This document shows, in pieces, positions 16,710 to 27,217 of a DNA stretch of 64,000 nt. A program made the translations under genes and the position numbers. How positions within the stretch are numbered: the stretch's first letter is position 1; every line of letters starts with the position of its first letter. Where the stretch lies: contig OZ241883.1 in assembly GCA_965203445.1 (NCBI GenBank), positions 1,024,001 through 1,088,000 of the forward strand. The letters run 5' to 3'. The notes beneath the pieces are model-generated. The model ran no database searches. It was given only the letters and a program-made list of their open reading frames with translations, and was not told where the DNA came from. Origin of the DNA: Candidatus Oxydemutator sp. (lineage in GTDB: Bacteria; Pseudomonadota; Gammaproteobacteria; Poriferisulfidales; Oxydemutatoraceae).

Positions 16710-18458
16710 TCAGGCTTCGCCCGTGCGCGGCTTCGCCTCGCCTGCGACGCGCACAATCGCCTCCAATTTTTCGCGGATTTCCGGGTCAATCTCGTTTGCG
16801 GGCACGTGCCGGGCGAGTTCGTAGAAACTATTTTTGGCCATCGCGTTCGGAAGCCCTGTTTTTTGGAAGTAGGCACGGAACAGGGGGGTCAGAAAGTCAT
16901 TGCTCGCCTTGGTGCCGGCGTCCCAGGGGGAGCCTTTGCCAAGTTTCTCCATTGCCTCGGTGATTTCAGTGATGGCCTCGCGCATGGCCTTCATGCGCTT
17001 TTCGGTTTCGGATTGAGAATACAATGTATCCTCGCCGAAGTCCGTCCGTACGGACGCCAGCACGTATGCCTCCAAAGTGGCCGGCGAGCACAGGTAGTTT
17101 TCGATCTCCCGCCGTCGCCACGTCAGGCAGGCGACGGACTTTATGTCGGGCTCCACTTTCAGCCGATCAAAAAGAGCCACGCCTTTCAAATCCGGCCATG
17201 CCTCGCGCAAGCCGTGATAATGCGAGATGGCTTTCTTCGGCTTATCCTCCACGTAGTGCACAAACGGCTTGCGCAGTGCTTCTATCGCTTCGCCGTATTC
17301 GAGACGTTCGGCGAAAGCCTGCAACACCGCAAGGTCGGTCGAACCTTCGAGGTAGAGAACCCAGCCGGTCTGCTAGGCCTGGTAGTACTGCTCGAACCCG
17401 ATCTTTCTCAGCGCCTTCAGAACCTGGCCGCCGCGATCGGCAATCCGGTGCGGCTTGCCGACGAAGGCGATGACCAGGTCTTTGCCCGCCGCCTCGTTCA
17501 GCAGCACCTCGGAGTGGCTTGCGATTATGATCTGGCTGCCGCTGTCCGCGGCCGCGTCCGCAAGCAGCTTGTAGGTCTGCCGCTGGCGCAGAATCTCAAG
17601 GTGCGCGTCGGGTTCGTCCAACAGCAGCACCGCGCCGGGGTTGGCATACAGATAGGCCAGCAACAGCAGGGTCTGTTGCAGCCCGCGGCCGCTGGACGAG
17701 AGATCGAGGCTGACGGCCCGTTCCCGATATTCGCGGTAGCTCATCGCAATCTCGCCGCGCTCCCGAATGTAGCGCGCGTCGTCGAGTTCCGCCCCGAAGA
17801 GGTCCTTTATCCGGCTTTTTAATTCTTTCCATTTGTCCGGCTGTCTCTCCTGAATGCGGAAGCACAAATTGCGCAGCACCTCGGCCGTGCGGCCTTCGCC
17901 GACGCGTACGTTCATCGCCCCGTCGTCCAGGCGCGTCTCGGTCGCCGCGAGGCCGGACATCGGCGGCAGGAAGGCGATCCGGGTGGCGACGGCATCTTCC
18001 GGCACCGGCATCCGCGAGTCGCCCTTGTCATCCAATCGCAAAGGCCGGCAGTAGAAAGACTCCGGGTTCGCATAATCGAACTCCAGACCGCATTTCCACC
18101 GCCGGCCTTTGGCGGTTCCTTCGACGATGACGTCAATCCGGACGTTGTCGGTCTTTTGTTTGCCGCCGACTTTCTGCGTATTCCGCACGTGCAGCCCCTG
18201 CCACAGCAGATTCGCGTCCGGCACCGGAACGGCGACGAGGTCCTGGCGGTTGACGGTGACGCCGGGGCGCTTTTCCGGCGCGCTTTTGCCTGCGCGTTTC
18301 TCGCTCCAGCGCTTCGCCCCGACGTCCCACAACGCCAGCGCCTGCATGGCCGAGGTCTTGCCCGAATTGTTCGGCCCGATGAACACGACCGGGTTGCCCA
18401 ATTCGATCTCGACCTCGCCGAAGCATTTGAAATTGCGGATGGTGATTCTGGTGAGCAT
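16710..18458 (-). pseudogene. ABC-type ATPase plus TOPRIM-like gene interrupted by one in-frame TAG (17373-17375)
   Basis: GPNNSGKT, LLLDEPDAHL, ASHSE in the 5' part; the frame continues ...FEQYYQA*QTGWVLYLEGSTDLAVLQAFAE into the 16710-17327 ORF. Confidence 0.85.
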
Positions 18459-18539
18459 CGGAAAGCGGATTATATACTTGCGGCCCGAACCGACGCCCGG
18501 CGTTGGCCAATCCGGTTATTTTCCCGTACACTTCGCACC

Positions 18540-19541
18540 ATGCTCGACCCAAAAGAGAAAAAGAAGATCGCAATCCTTGTTGCTGGAATGCACCGGAGCG
18601 GTACGTCGGCGCTCACGCGCGTGCTGAACCTGTCGGGGTGCGATTTGCCGAAGACCATACCGGGGCCGGACCCTTATAATCCGAAAGGCTACTGGGAGTC
18701 GCCGAGGTTCATGGACTTGAACGACGACATCCTCGCGTCCATAGGCGCGATTTGGTACGATTTTCACTCCTCCTTCGATTCGTCCTGGTATGCCTCGCCC
18801 GTGGCCGATGCTTTCCGCAAACGTGCCCTGGCGGATCTCTACCATGAGTTTGGGGAAAGTCGCCTGTTCGTGCTGAAGGACCCCCGCATATGCCGCCTGC
18901 TGCCTTTCTGGATTGAGGCACTGAATGCTTTCGATGCCGAAGTGCGGATTGTCTTGCCACTGCGAAGCCCGCTTGACGTCGTGGCGTCCTTGAGAAGCCG
19001 AAGCCACCCACGGGGGCTTCCCCCTGCTTTCGGCCATTTGCTGTGGCTGCGGTATGTTCTCGAAACCGAGGCGGCTTCGCGTGGCTTCAAGCGTGTCTGG
19101 CTGCGTTACGACACATTCTTGGAGAAGCCCCATGAAAGCATAGACAGGATCAGTGCTGCGCTCAACCTCCCTTATCTAAAGCAGGCATCCGCGCGGAGCA
19201 AGGTCGAACTATTCCTCTCCCGAGACCTGCGCCACCATCGCAGCGGTGACGCTTGGCTTCTGGCGCCTCCCGAGGTTCTGCACCCCCAGATTAAATCGAG
19301 TTTTGAGATTCTCGATCGCTGGTGCCGCGATGACGTTTCCTCGGCCGATACGACGACACTTGATATGATTAAATCTACCTTCGACGCAATGACTCTACCC
19401 TTTTCGTATATCTTGCAGCAGGAAAAGGAGAAACACGCGTGTGAACTTGCAGAACTGCTCGCTTCCAAGAGTTGGCGGATAACCGCCCCACTCCGCTGGT
19501 TGCGCAGGAATTTTTTCAACAGGCCTACGACGCCAGCCTGA
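18540..19541 (+). CDS. Sulfotransferase-family protein
   Basis: Start moved to ATG 18540; AGMHRSGTSAL PAPS-binding loop, NPKGYWES, VLKDPRIC, C-terminal SWRITAPLR. Confidence 0.85.
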   Translation: MLDPKEKKKIAILVAGMHRSGTSALTRVLNLSGCDLPKTIPGPDPYNPKGYWESPRFMDLNDDILASIGAIWYDFHSSFDSSWYASPVADAFRKRALADLYHEFGESRLFVLKDPRICRLLPFWIEALNAFDAEVRIVLPLRSPLDVVASLRSRSHPRGLPPAFGHLLWLRYVLETEAASRGFKRVWLRYDTFLEKPHESIDRISAALNLPYLKQASARSKVELFLSRDLRHHRSGDAWLLAPPEVLHPQIKSSFEILDRWCRDDVSSADTTTLDMIKSTFDAMTLPFSYILQQEKEKHACELAELLASKSWRITAPLRWLRRNFFNRPTTPA

Positions 19542-19551
19542 CTATTCAACT

Positions 19552-20298
19552 ATGCCCGACCCGTTCATCCAGGGCGTCGTCGTCGAAAACAGGCACTGGA
19601 CCGACCAGCTGTACTCGTTCAAGATAGACGCCGATGTCAAGCCGTTCACGCCCGGCCAGTTCGGCAGGGTGGCGCTGGACGTCGGCGACAAGCGGGTGGC
19701 GCGGCCTTATTCGTTCGTCAACGCGCCCGGCGAGGCGCACCATGAGTTTTACTCGATCATCGTGCCGGAGGGCTTGTTGTCGCTGCGCCTGCACGCGCTT
19801 GTGCCTGGCGACAAGGTGTGGGTGGCGTCGTCCGCGGCCGGGTTTTTTACGCTCGACGAGGTGCGCGCCGGCAACGAGTTGTGGATGTTGTCCACCGGCA
19901 CCGCGCTCGGTCCGTTTTTGTCCATCCTGAAGAGCGACGAGGTCTGGCGGCGGTTCGTGCGCATCGTGCTGGTGCACGCGGTGCGCAGGGTCGAGGAACT
20001 GACCTACCGCGACGTGATTGCAGGCTTCGAGAAGCGCGACGCCGAGCGTTTTGTGATGGTTCCGTTCGTAAGCCGCGAGGCGTGCGACTTTGCGTTGGGC
20101 GGGCGCGTGCCGGCGGCGGTTGAGAGCGGGGCGCTTGAGGAGCGCGCCGCAACAAAGTTCGACGCGGCGACTTCGCAGGTGATGATCTGCGGCAACCCGG
20201 GCATGGTCGAGGATACCAGCCGCGTGCTGAAGGCGCGCGGCTTCAAGAAGAATCGCCGCCGCGATCCCGGCAATATCACGACCGAGAATTACTGGTAG
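19552..20298 (+). CDS. fpr: Ferredoxin--NADP+ reductase
   Basis: RPYS, TGTALGPF, MICGNPGMV, C-terminal ENYW. Confidence 0.93.
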   Translation: MPDPFIQGVVVENRHWTDQLYSFKIDADVKPFTPGQFGRVALDVGDKRVARPYSFVNAPGEAHHEFYSIIVPEGLLSLRLHALVPGDKVWVASSAAGFFTLDEVRAGNELWMLSTGTALGPFLSILKSDEVWRRFVRIVLVHAVRRVEELTYRDVIAGFEKRDAERFVMVPFVSREACDFALGGRVPAAVESGALEERAATKFDAATSQVMICGNPGMVEDTSRVLKARGFKKNRRRDPGNITTENYW

Positions 20299-20325
20299 GC
20301 GCCGCCGCCCGTCGCGTCCCCGCCG

Positions 20326-21240
20326 TCACTCCCCTTTGCCGCCGCCCCCGTCCGCCGCGACGATGCGGTTCGCCAGTTTGCCGACGCTCTCGACCTCGCA
20401 TTCGATCAGATCGCCCGGTTGCAGATATTCCGGCGGGTTGCGCGCGTAGCCGACGCCGTCCGGGGTGCCGGTCGAGATCACCATGCCCGGTTCCAGCGCT
20501 AGGCCGCGCGACAGGATGGCGATCACCGTCGCGACGTCGAAAATCTGCGAGGCGGTCGTGGAGTTCTGTTTGATGACGCCGTTCAACGTGCTCGAGAGCG
20601 CCAGGTTTTGGGGGTCGGGAATCTCGTCGGCGGTGACGATGCACGGCCCCATCGGGCACGAACCGGGCAGGCTCTTGCCGATGAAAAACTGCCTGTGTCT
20701 TTTTTGCAGGTCGCGCGCGGTGACGTCGTTGATCACGGTGTAGCCGAAGACGTGCGCAAGCGCCTCGTGCTTGCCGACCTTGCGCGCGCCGCGTCCGATA
20801 ACGACCCCCAGTTCGACCTCCCAGTCCATCCGCCGCGACACGTCGGCGTCGTACACAAAGTCGTCGTAGGGGCCGGCGACGCTCGACGCGTCCTTTGTGA
20901 ACACGACCGGATGCTCCGGCAGTTTGCTCTCGCGCCCGGCCTTGGCCGCGGTCTCCTGGACGTGGTCGGCGTAGTTCCAGCCGAGGCAGATGACGTTCTG
21001 GCGCGGGCGTGGGATCGGCGCCAGCAGGCGCACGTCGCGCCCGGCGACCGCGATGCTGGCGCCGGCCGCGGCGATGAACTCGCGCACCTCGTCCAGGCCG
21101 CGCGCGCCGGCGTCTATCAGCGCCAGCATATCGGGATAGCGCGCGCGCCAGTCGCGGTGCAACGCCGGCAACAGCGCACGCTCGCCGTCCATCACGCCTA
21201 TATGCGTTTTGTTCCGGTAGCGGCAGGTGATGAGTCTCAT
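20326..21240 (-). CDS. Fumarylacetoacetate hydrolase family protein
   Basis: CLGWNYADH, DWEVELGVVIG, NDVTARDLQ, STGTPDGVG. Confidence 0.92.
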   Translation of the reverse strand: MRLITCRYRNKTHIGVMDGERALLPALHRDWRARYPDMLALIDAGARGLDEVREFIAAAGASIAVAGRDVRLLAPIPRPRQNVICLGWNYADHVQETAAKAGRESKLPEHPVVFTKDASSVAGPYDDFVYDADVSRRMDWEVELGVVIGRGARKVGKHEALAHVFGYTVINDVTARDLQKRHRQFFIGKSLPGSCPMGPCIVTADEIPDPQNLALSSTLNGVIKQNSTTASQIFDVATVIAILSRGLALEPGMVISTGTPDGVGYARNPPEYLQPGDLIECEVESVGKLANRIVAADGGGGKGE

Positions 21241-21250
21241 CGGATGGGCC

Positions 21251-22939
21251 TCATTGCTCGGACGGGCGCCGTGCGGACGGCGGCAGTTGCGCGAAGTAAT
21301 CGCCGATGTAGCGCTCGAGGGTGCGCTCGTCTTCGTTTTCTATTTCGGTCTGGCGGCGGTGGCTGTCTTGCGCGATACGGTCGAACGCCTCGCGTTGCGC
21401 GTCGTCGGGGGAACGCGCCTTATAGTGGCTGCGAAAGCGCGCCGCCTGGTTCTCGACGAAGCCGACGAAACTCCAGCCGCCCTCGTGCATCGTGTCGAGC
21501 ATCCGCGCCGACGGGCACAGCGAGGAATGCCGGAACTTGTCCATCTGTTCGCGCAGCGCCGCCGCGTAACTGACGGCGCCGTCGCGGCTGTCGCCATCGT
21601 TGTCGTCGTCGCCCGCGGCCCCGCCGTTCGTGTCCCCGCTCGCGCCGCCGTCGAACAATTCGCACACCGGCCACAGCCGCTCGCAGATCTCCAGCCCCCA
21701 TTCGCGCAGCGCGATCGTCCGCCCGTCGCGGCTGAGCCCAAGGCCCGACCGCCGCCCCTCGTGCGCGGTTATGATCTCGTTGTGGTCTATTTCCTTGCGC
21801 GCGGCGTCGTCCATCGCCGGGCTTCGCGCGAGCAGGCAGAAAAACGCGAGCATCTCGATGAACTTCAGTTGCGCCTCGCCGACGCCGGCGGGCTGGAAGA
21901 CGTCGACGTCGAGCGAGCGCAACTCGACGTACTCGACGCCGCCGCGGTAGAGCGCGGCGAGCGGCATCTCGTCTTTTGCCGAAGTGCGCTTGGGGCGCAT
22001 CGTGCCGTAGTACTCGTTCTCGATTTGCAGTATGCAGGCGTTGATCTGGCGGTATTCGCCGCTGACTTTGACGCCGACCTCGCGGTACGGCGGGTGCTCG
22101 GTCGTCACCGCGCGCGCGAGACTTGCGACGTAACCGTCGAGGCTGTTGTAATCGGCGCGTAGGCCGATGGCGGCCTCCTGGTTGTTCTGGTAGCCGATGT
22201 CGCCCATGCGCAGCGAAGTGGCGTGGCGCCCGTAGAGCGTCGTCTCGTCGAATTTCTCGAGCCGGCGATGCGCCGACGAACCGAGAAAAGAGCGGCAGAT
22301 CGCGGGAGACACGCCGAACAGGTACGGAATCATCCAGCCGATGCGCAGGAAGTTGCGGATCATCCCCATGTAGCGCGCCGAGCGAAACGCCGCGCTCGCC
22401 TCGCCGTCGCGCGCGCCCGAACCCGGCAGCGCGGCCAGCGCGCGCCAGCAGTCGTCGCCTGGCGAGTAGTTGAAGTGGACGCCGGCGATGACCTGCATCG
22501 TGCGCCCGTAACGATAGCCGAGGCCGCGCCGGTAGATCGTCTTCATGCGCCCGACGTTCGACGCGCCGTAGCGCGCGAGCGGTATTTCGGTCTCGTCCTT
22601 GACGATGCACGGCATGCTCGCCGGCCACAGCAGTTCGCCGTCGAGCCGCGCATAGACGTGGGCGTGGCTTTGTTCGAGAAACGCGAGCGCGTCGCGCGCG
22701 CCCGGCAGCGGCGGCGTTACGAACTCGATCATCGCCTCGGAGAAGTCGGTGGTGATGGACGGGTGCGTCAGCGCCGAGCCGAGCGCGCGCGGGTGCGGCG
22801 TCTTTGCGAGCAGCCCGCGCGGGCCGACGCGCAGTGCCTCCTTCTCGAGGCCGATGCGCCGTCCGGCGCGCACCAGACGCGCGCCACCGCTTGCGGCGAG
22901 CGCCGCGGCGTGCTTTTCGACTTCGTGGTAGCGTTCCAC
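21251..22939 (-). CDS. gshA: Glutamate--cysteine ligase
   Basis: GLEKEALRV, LGSALTHPSITTDFSE, GVHFNYS, LQIENEYY, VEYVELRSLD; start codon uncertain. Confidence 0.93.
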   Translation of the reverse strand: MERYHEVEKHAAALAASGGARLVRAGRRIGLEKEALRVGPRGLLAKTPHPRALGSALTHPSITTDFSEAMIEFVTPPLPGARDALAFLEQSHAHVYARLDGELLWPASMPCIVKDETEIPLARYGASNVGRMKTIYRRGLGYRYGRTMQVIAGVHFNYSPGDDCWRALAALPGSGARDGEASAAFRSARYMGMIRNFLRIGWMIPYLFGVSPAICRSFLGSSAHRRLEKFDETTLYGRHATSLRMGDIGYQNNQEAAIGLRADYNSLDGYVASLARAVTTEHPPYREVGVKVSGEYRQINACILQIENEYYGTMRPKRTSAKDEMPLAALYRGGVEYVELRSLDVDVFQPAGVGEAQLKFIEMLAFFCLLARSPAMDDAARKEIDHNEIITAHEGRRSGLGLSRDGRTIALREWGLEICERLWPVCELFDGGASGDTNGGAAGDDDNDGDSRDGAVSYAAALREQMDKFRHSSLCPSARMLDTMHEGGWSFVGFVENQAARFRSHYKARSPDDAQREAFDRIAQDSHRRQTEIENEDERTLERYIGDYFAQLPPSARRPSEQ

Positions 22940-22940
22940 G

Positions 22941-23519
22941 TCAGCGCCGAGCAAGCCCGGCCGCGGCCAGCCGCCCCCAATCGAAGAAATCGCCCGGGTC
23001 GGTCTTGCGCCCGGGCGCTACGTCGCTGTGGCCGACGACGCGCTTCGCGTCCAGCGTCGGATAGGCGTCCATCAACGCGCGCAGCATCTCGATCAGGCGC
23101 TCGTATTGCGCGGGTTCGTAAGGTTCGGAGTCGCTGCCCTCGAGTTCGATGCCGATCGAGAAATCGTTGCATTGCTCGCGGCCGCGGTAACTGGACTCGC
23201 CGCAGTGCCACGCGCGCCCGTCGAACGGCACGAACTGCACGATCTCGCCGTCGCGCCGGATGAACAGGTGCGCCGATACGCGCAGGTCGTGCAATTCCTG
23301 ATAAAGCGCGTGCGCCTCCTCGGGGGCTTGCGCGTCCGGCGCCTCGAGCGTGTTTGTGAACAGCCGTTCGATACCGTCGCCGCCGTATTCGCGCGGCGGC
23401 ACGCTGATGCCGTGGATGACGATCAGCTCGGGCACGACTCCGTCGGGGCGTTCGTCGGCGTTTGGCGACGGCACGTAGCGCGCCTCCGCGAGCAGGTGGC
23501 TTTCGGCGTCAATTCTCAC
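22941..23519 (-). CDS. ampD: 1,6-anhydro-N-acetylmuramyl-L-alanine amidase
   Basis: SPNADERP, VIHGISVPP, RVSAH, CNDFSIGIELEG, GHSDVAPGRKTDPG. Confidence 0.93.
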   Translation of the reverse strand: MRIDAESHLLAEARYVPSPNADERPDGVVPELIVIHGISVPPREYGGDGIERLFTNTLEAPDAQAPEEAHALYQELHDLRVSAHLFIRRDGEIVQFVPFDGRAWHCGESSYRGREQCNDFSIGIELEGSDSEPYEPAQYERLIEMLRALMDAYPTLDAKRVVGHSDVAPGRKTDPGDFFDWGRLAAAGLARR

Positions 23520-23524
23520 GTCGT

Positions 23525-24043
23525 CTATTCGGAGGGCTGCTTCAGGCTGCGGCGATAGAGGTCGAGCATTTCGTCGCCGAAACAGACGAAGATGATTTCG
23601 AGGTCGGCGGGCGCGTGTTCGGCGCAGGTTGCGACCGCGACCGCGGCCGCCCGCTCCGGCGGGTAGCCGTAGATGCCGCAGCTGATCGCCGGAAAAGCGA
23701 CGTGTCGCAGCGAGTGCTCCGCCGCCAGCCGCAGGCAGTCGCGGTAACAGGATGCGAGCAGTTCGGCTTCGCCTTTATCGCCGCCGCGCCAGACGGGGCC
23801 TACGGTATGGATGACGTGGCGTGCCGGCAGGCGGTGGCCGGACGTGATGCGTGCCTGGCCGGTCGGGCAGCCGCCGATGCGCCGGCATTCCTCGAGCAGT
23901 CCGGGCCCGGCGGCGCGGTGGATCGCGCCGTCCACGCCGCCGCCGCCCAACAGCGACTCGTTGGCCGCGTTGACGATGGCATCCACCGCGAGGGTCGTGA
24001 TGTCGCCCTCGAGCGCACGCCAGTTTCTGGTAACCGAACCCAT
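23525..24043 (-). CDS. Macro domain O-acetyl-ADP-ribose deacetylase (YmdB-like)
   Basis: GDIT...[37 protein letters not shown]. Confidence 0.92.
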   Translation of the reverse strand: MGSVTRNWRALEGDITTLAVDAIVNAANESLLGGGGVDGAIHRAAGPGLLEECRRIGGCPTGQARITSGHRLPARHVIHTVGPVWRGGDKGEAELLASCYRDCLRLAAEHSLRHVAFPAISCGIYGYPPERAAAVAVATCAEHAPADLEIIFVCFGDEMLDLYRRSLKQPSE

Positions 24044-24126
24044 CGCTACAAGTCCGCAAAGCGGGAGCAAATTATATGCCGTAATCCGCCCGCCTGCCCA
24101 CCGCCCTTGGTTCTGCAACCCGCAAA

Positions 24127-24154
24127 AGAAAGCCCCGCGTTTGCGGGGCTTTCT
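24127..24154 (-). terminator. Rho-independent terminator of groESL
   Basis: agaaagccccgc-N4-gcggggctttct hairpin followed by T residues on the minus strand, just downstream of the groEL stop. Confidence 0.85.
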
Positions 24155-24175
24155 CCTAAGTCACCTCGGGAGCGC

Positions 24176-25864
<1,689 letters not shown>

Positions 25865-26155
25865 TCAGGACTCGATGACGGCCATGATGTCGTCTTCGCG
25901 CATCACCACCAGATCGTCCCCGTCCAGCCTGACTTCGGTGCCGGAATACTTGCCGAACAGCACCGTTTCGCCGACTTTGACGGTAACCGCGCGCACTTCG
26001 CCGTTGTCCATGACGCGGCCGTCGCCGACCGCCAGGACTTCGCCCTTCATCGGCTTCTCAGTGGCGTTGTCCGGGATCACGATACCGCCCGGGCTGGTTC
26101 TTTCTTCTTCCATGCGTTTGACCACAACGCGGTCGTATAAAGGTCGAATCTTCAT
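25865..26155 (-). CDS. groS: Co-chaperonin GroES
   Basis: [26 protein letters not shown]. Confidence 0.99.
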   Translation of the reverse strand: MKIRPLYDRVVVKRMEEERTSPGGIVIPDNATEKPMKGEVLAVGDGRVMDNGEVRAVTVKVGETVLFGKYSGTEVRLDGDDLVVMREDDIMAVIES

Positions 26156-26263
26156 CGCTGAGATTCCTCCGAGTCTTTTTGTTCTTATGTTGATTTTGAC
26201 GGATGAATTTCACTGACCGTGCGGCTTCGAGAGCGCCGCTTGGGACAGCAATGCAAGCCCACT

Positions 26264-26291
26264 ATATAGGGACGGGCCTCAGAAAATCAAG
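26264..26291 (-). promoter_or_regulatory. Sigma-32-type heat-shock promoter of groESL
   Basis: CTTGAT-N14-CCCTATAT on the minus strand, close to the RpoH consensus CTTGAA-N13-17-CCCCATnT. Confidence 0.75.
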
Positions 26292-26320
26292 GCAGGCGGG
26301 TGTAACTTATTGTCATGGAG

Positions 26321-26794
26321 TTATTTTTTTGTAGTTCCCGAATCGGGGTCGCGGCGCCGGTATTCGCCCTCGATCACGTTCGGGCCGCGCGCGTGGCCGT
26401 GCCCTCGGTCATAGCGGCGCACGACCCAGGTCCACGGCAGCCACGGCAGCAGAAAGCGAATCAGGAAGGCGCGGCTCGCCGGCAGCAGGCACGACAGCCC
26501 GAGGGCATCGGTGAAGAAGCCGGGCGTCAGCATCAGCGCCCCGCCGGCCAGCACGAACGCGCCGGTGAGCAGCTCTTGCGCCGGCGACTCGCCGCCGGAC
26601 ATTGCCATCCCCAGCCTGACGAGGACTTCCGGCCCCTGCCGGCGCAACAGCGAGACGCCGACGGCCGCCGTCGCCAGCGTCAGCAGCACCGTCGCAAATA
26701 CGCCGATCTCGCCGCCGACCGAGATAAACAGCGAAATCTCGACGAGCGGCACGAGAAAGAACACGATGAGCAACAACAACGGTTTCATGCGCAA
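26321..26794 (-). CDS. fxsA: FxsA family membrane protein
   Basis: PLVEISLFISVG, LLRRQG, LTPGFFTD, VIEGEY; conserved position next to groS. Confidence 0.9.
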   Translation of the reverse strand: MRMKPLLLLIVFFLVPLVEISLFISVGGEIGVFATVLLTLATAAVGVSLLRRQGPEVLVRLGMAMSGGESPAQELLTGAFVLAGGALMLTPGFFTDALGLSCLLPASRAFLIRFLLPWLPWTWVVRRYDRGHGHARGPNVIEGEYRRRDPDSGTTKK

Positions 26795-26878
26795 CCCCCT
26801 GGGGGGAATTATAGATTAGTTTTCCTTTTCTAAAGGGTTGCCTGCCAACCCCCTTATTTCCCCTATAATCCCACGGTC

Positions 26879-27217
26879 ATGAAAAACACGCCCGATGCAA
26901 GCCTCGAGGAGCTGCTGCTGGTGCAGACGACCGTCGGGGAGGCCGAGCAGGCCGAGACTATCGGCAAGTTGCTGGTCGAGGAAAACCTGTGCGCCTGCGT
27001 GCAGGTCGGCGGGCCGGTCTCGTCGGTTTATCGTTGGCGCGGGCGCGTCGAGAATGAGCGCGAATACCTGCTGACGGCGAAGACGACGCGCCCGCGCTAC
27101 GCCGAGCTGCGCGCCCGCCTGTTGCAAGTCCATCCGTACGAGCTGCCCGAGATCGTCGTGGTCGCGGTGCGGGCCGACGCCGCTTATGCCGGCTGGGTTC
27201 AGGAGCAATGCCGATGA
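26879..27217 (+). CDS. cutA: Divalent-cation tolerance protein CutA
   Basis: LCACVQ, SVYRWRG, HPYELPEI. Confidence 0.93.
   Translation: MKNTPDASLEELLLVQTTVGEAEQAETIGKLLVEENLCACVQVGGPVSSVYRWRGRVENEREYLLTAKTTRPRYAELRARLLQVHPYELPEIVVVAVRADAAYAGWVQEQCR

Noticed and set aside
15049-16824. 591-aa plus-strand ORF with GDLP repeats and the Cys-rich VTCP ORF
   Set aside because: Antisense shadows of the AlbA_2-HATPase gene and its VNTR.
23525-24043. Macro domain as a type II Thoeris effector for the TIR genes
   Set aside because: Stand-alone YmdB-type protein without TM helices, high GC, in a housekeeping context about 14 kb away.
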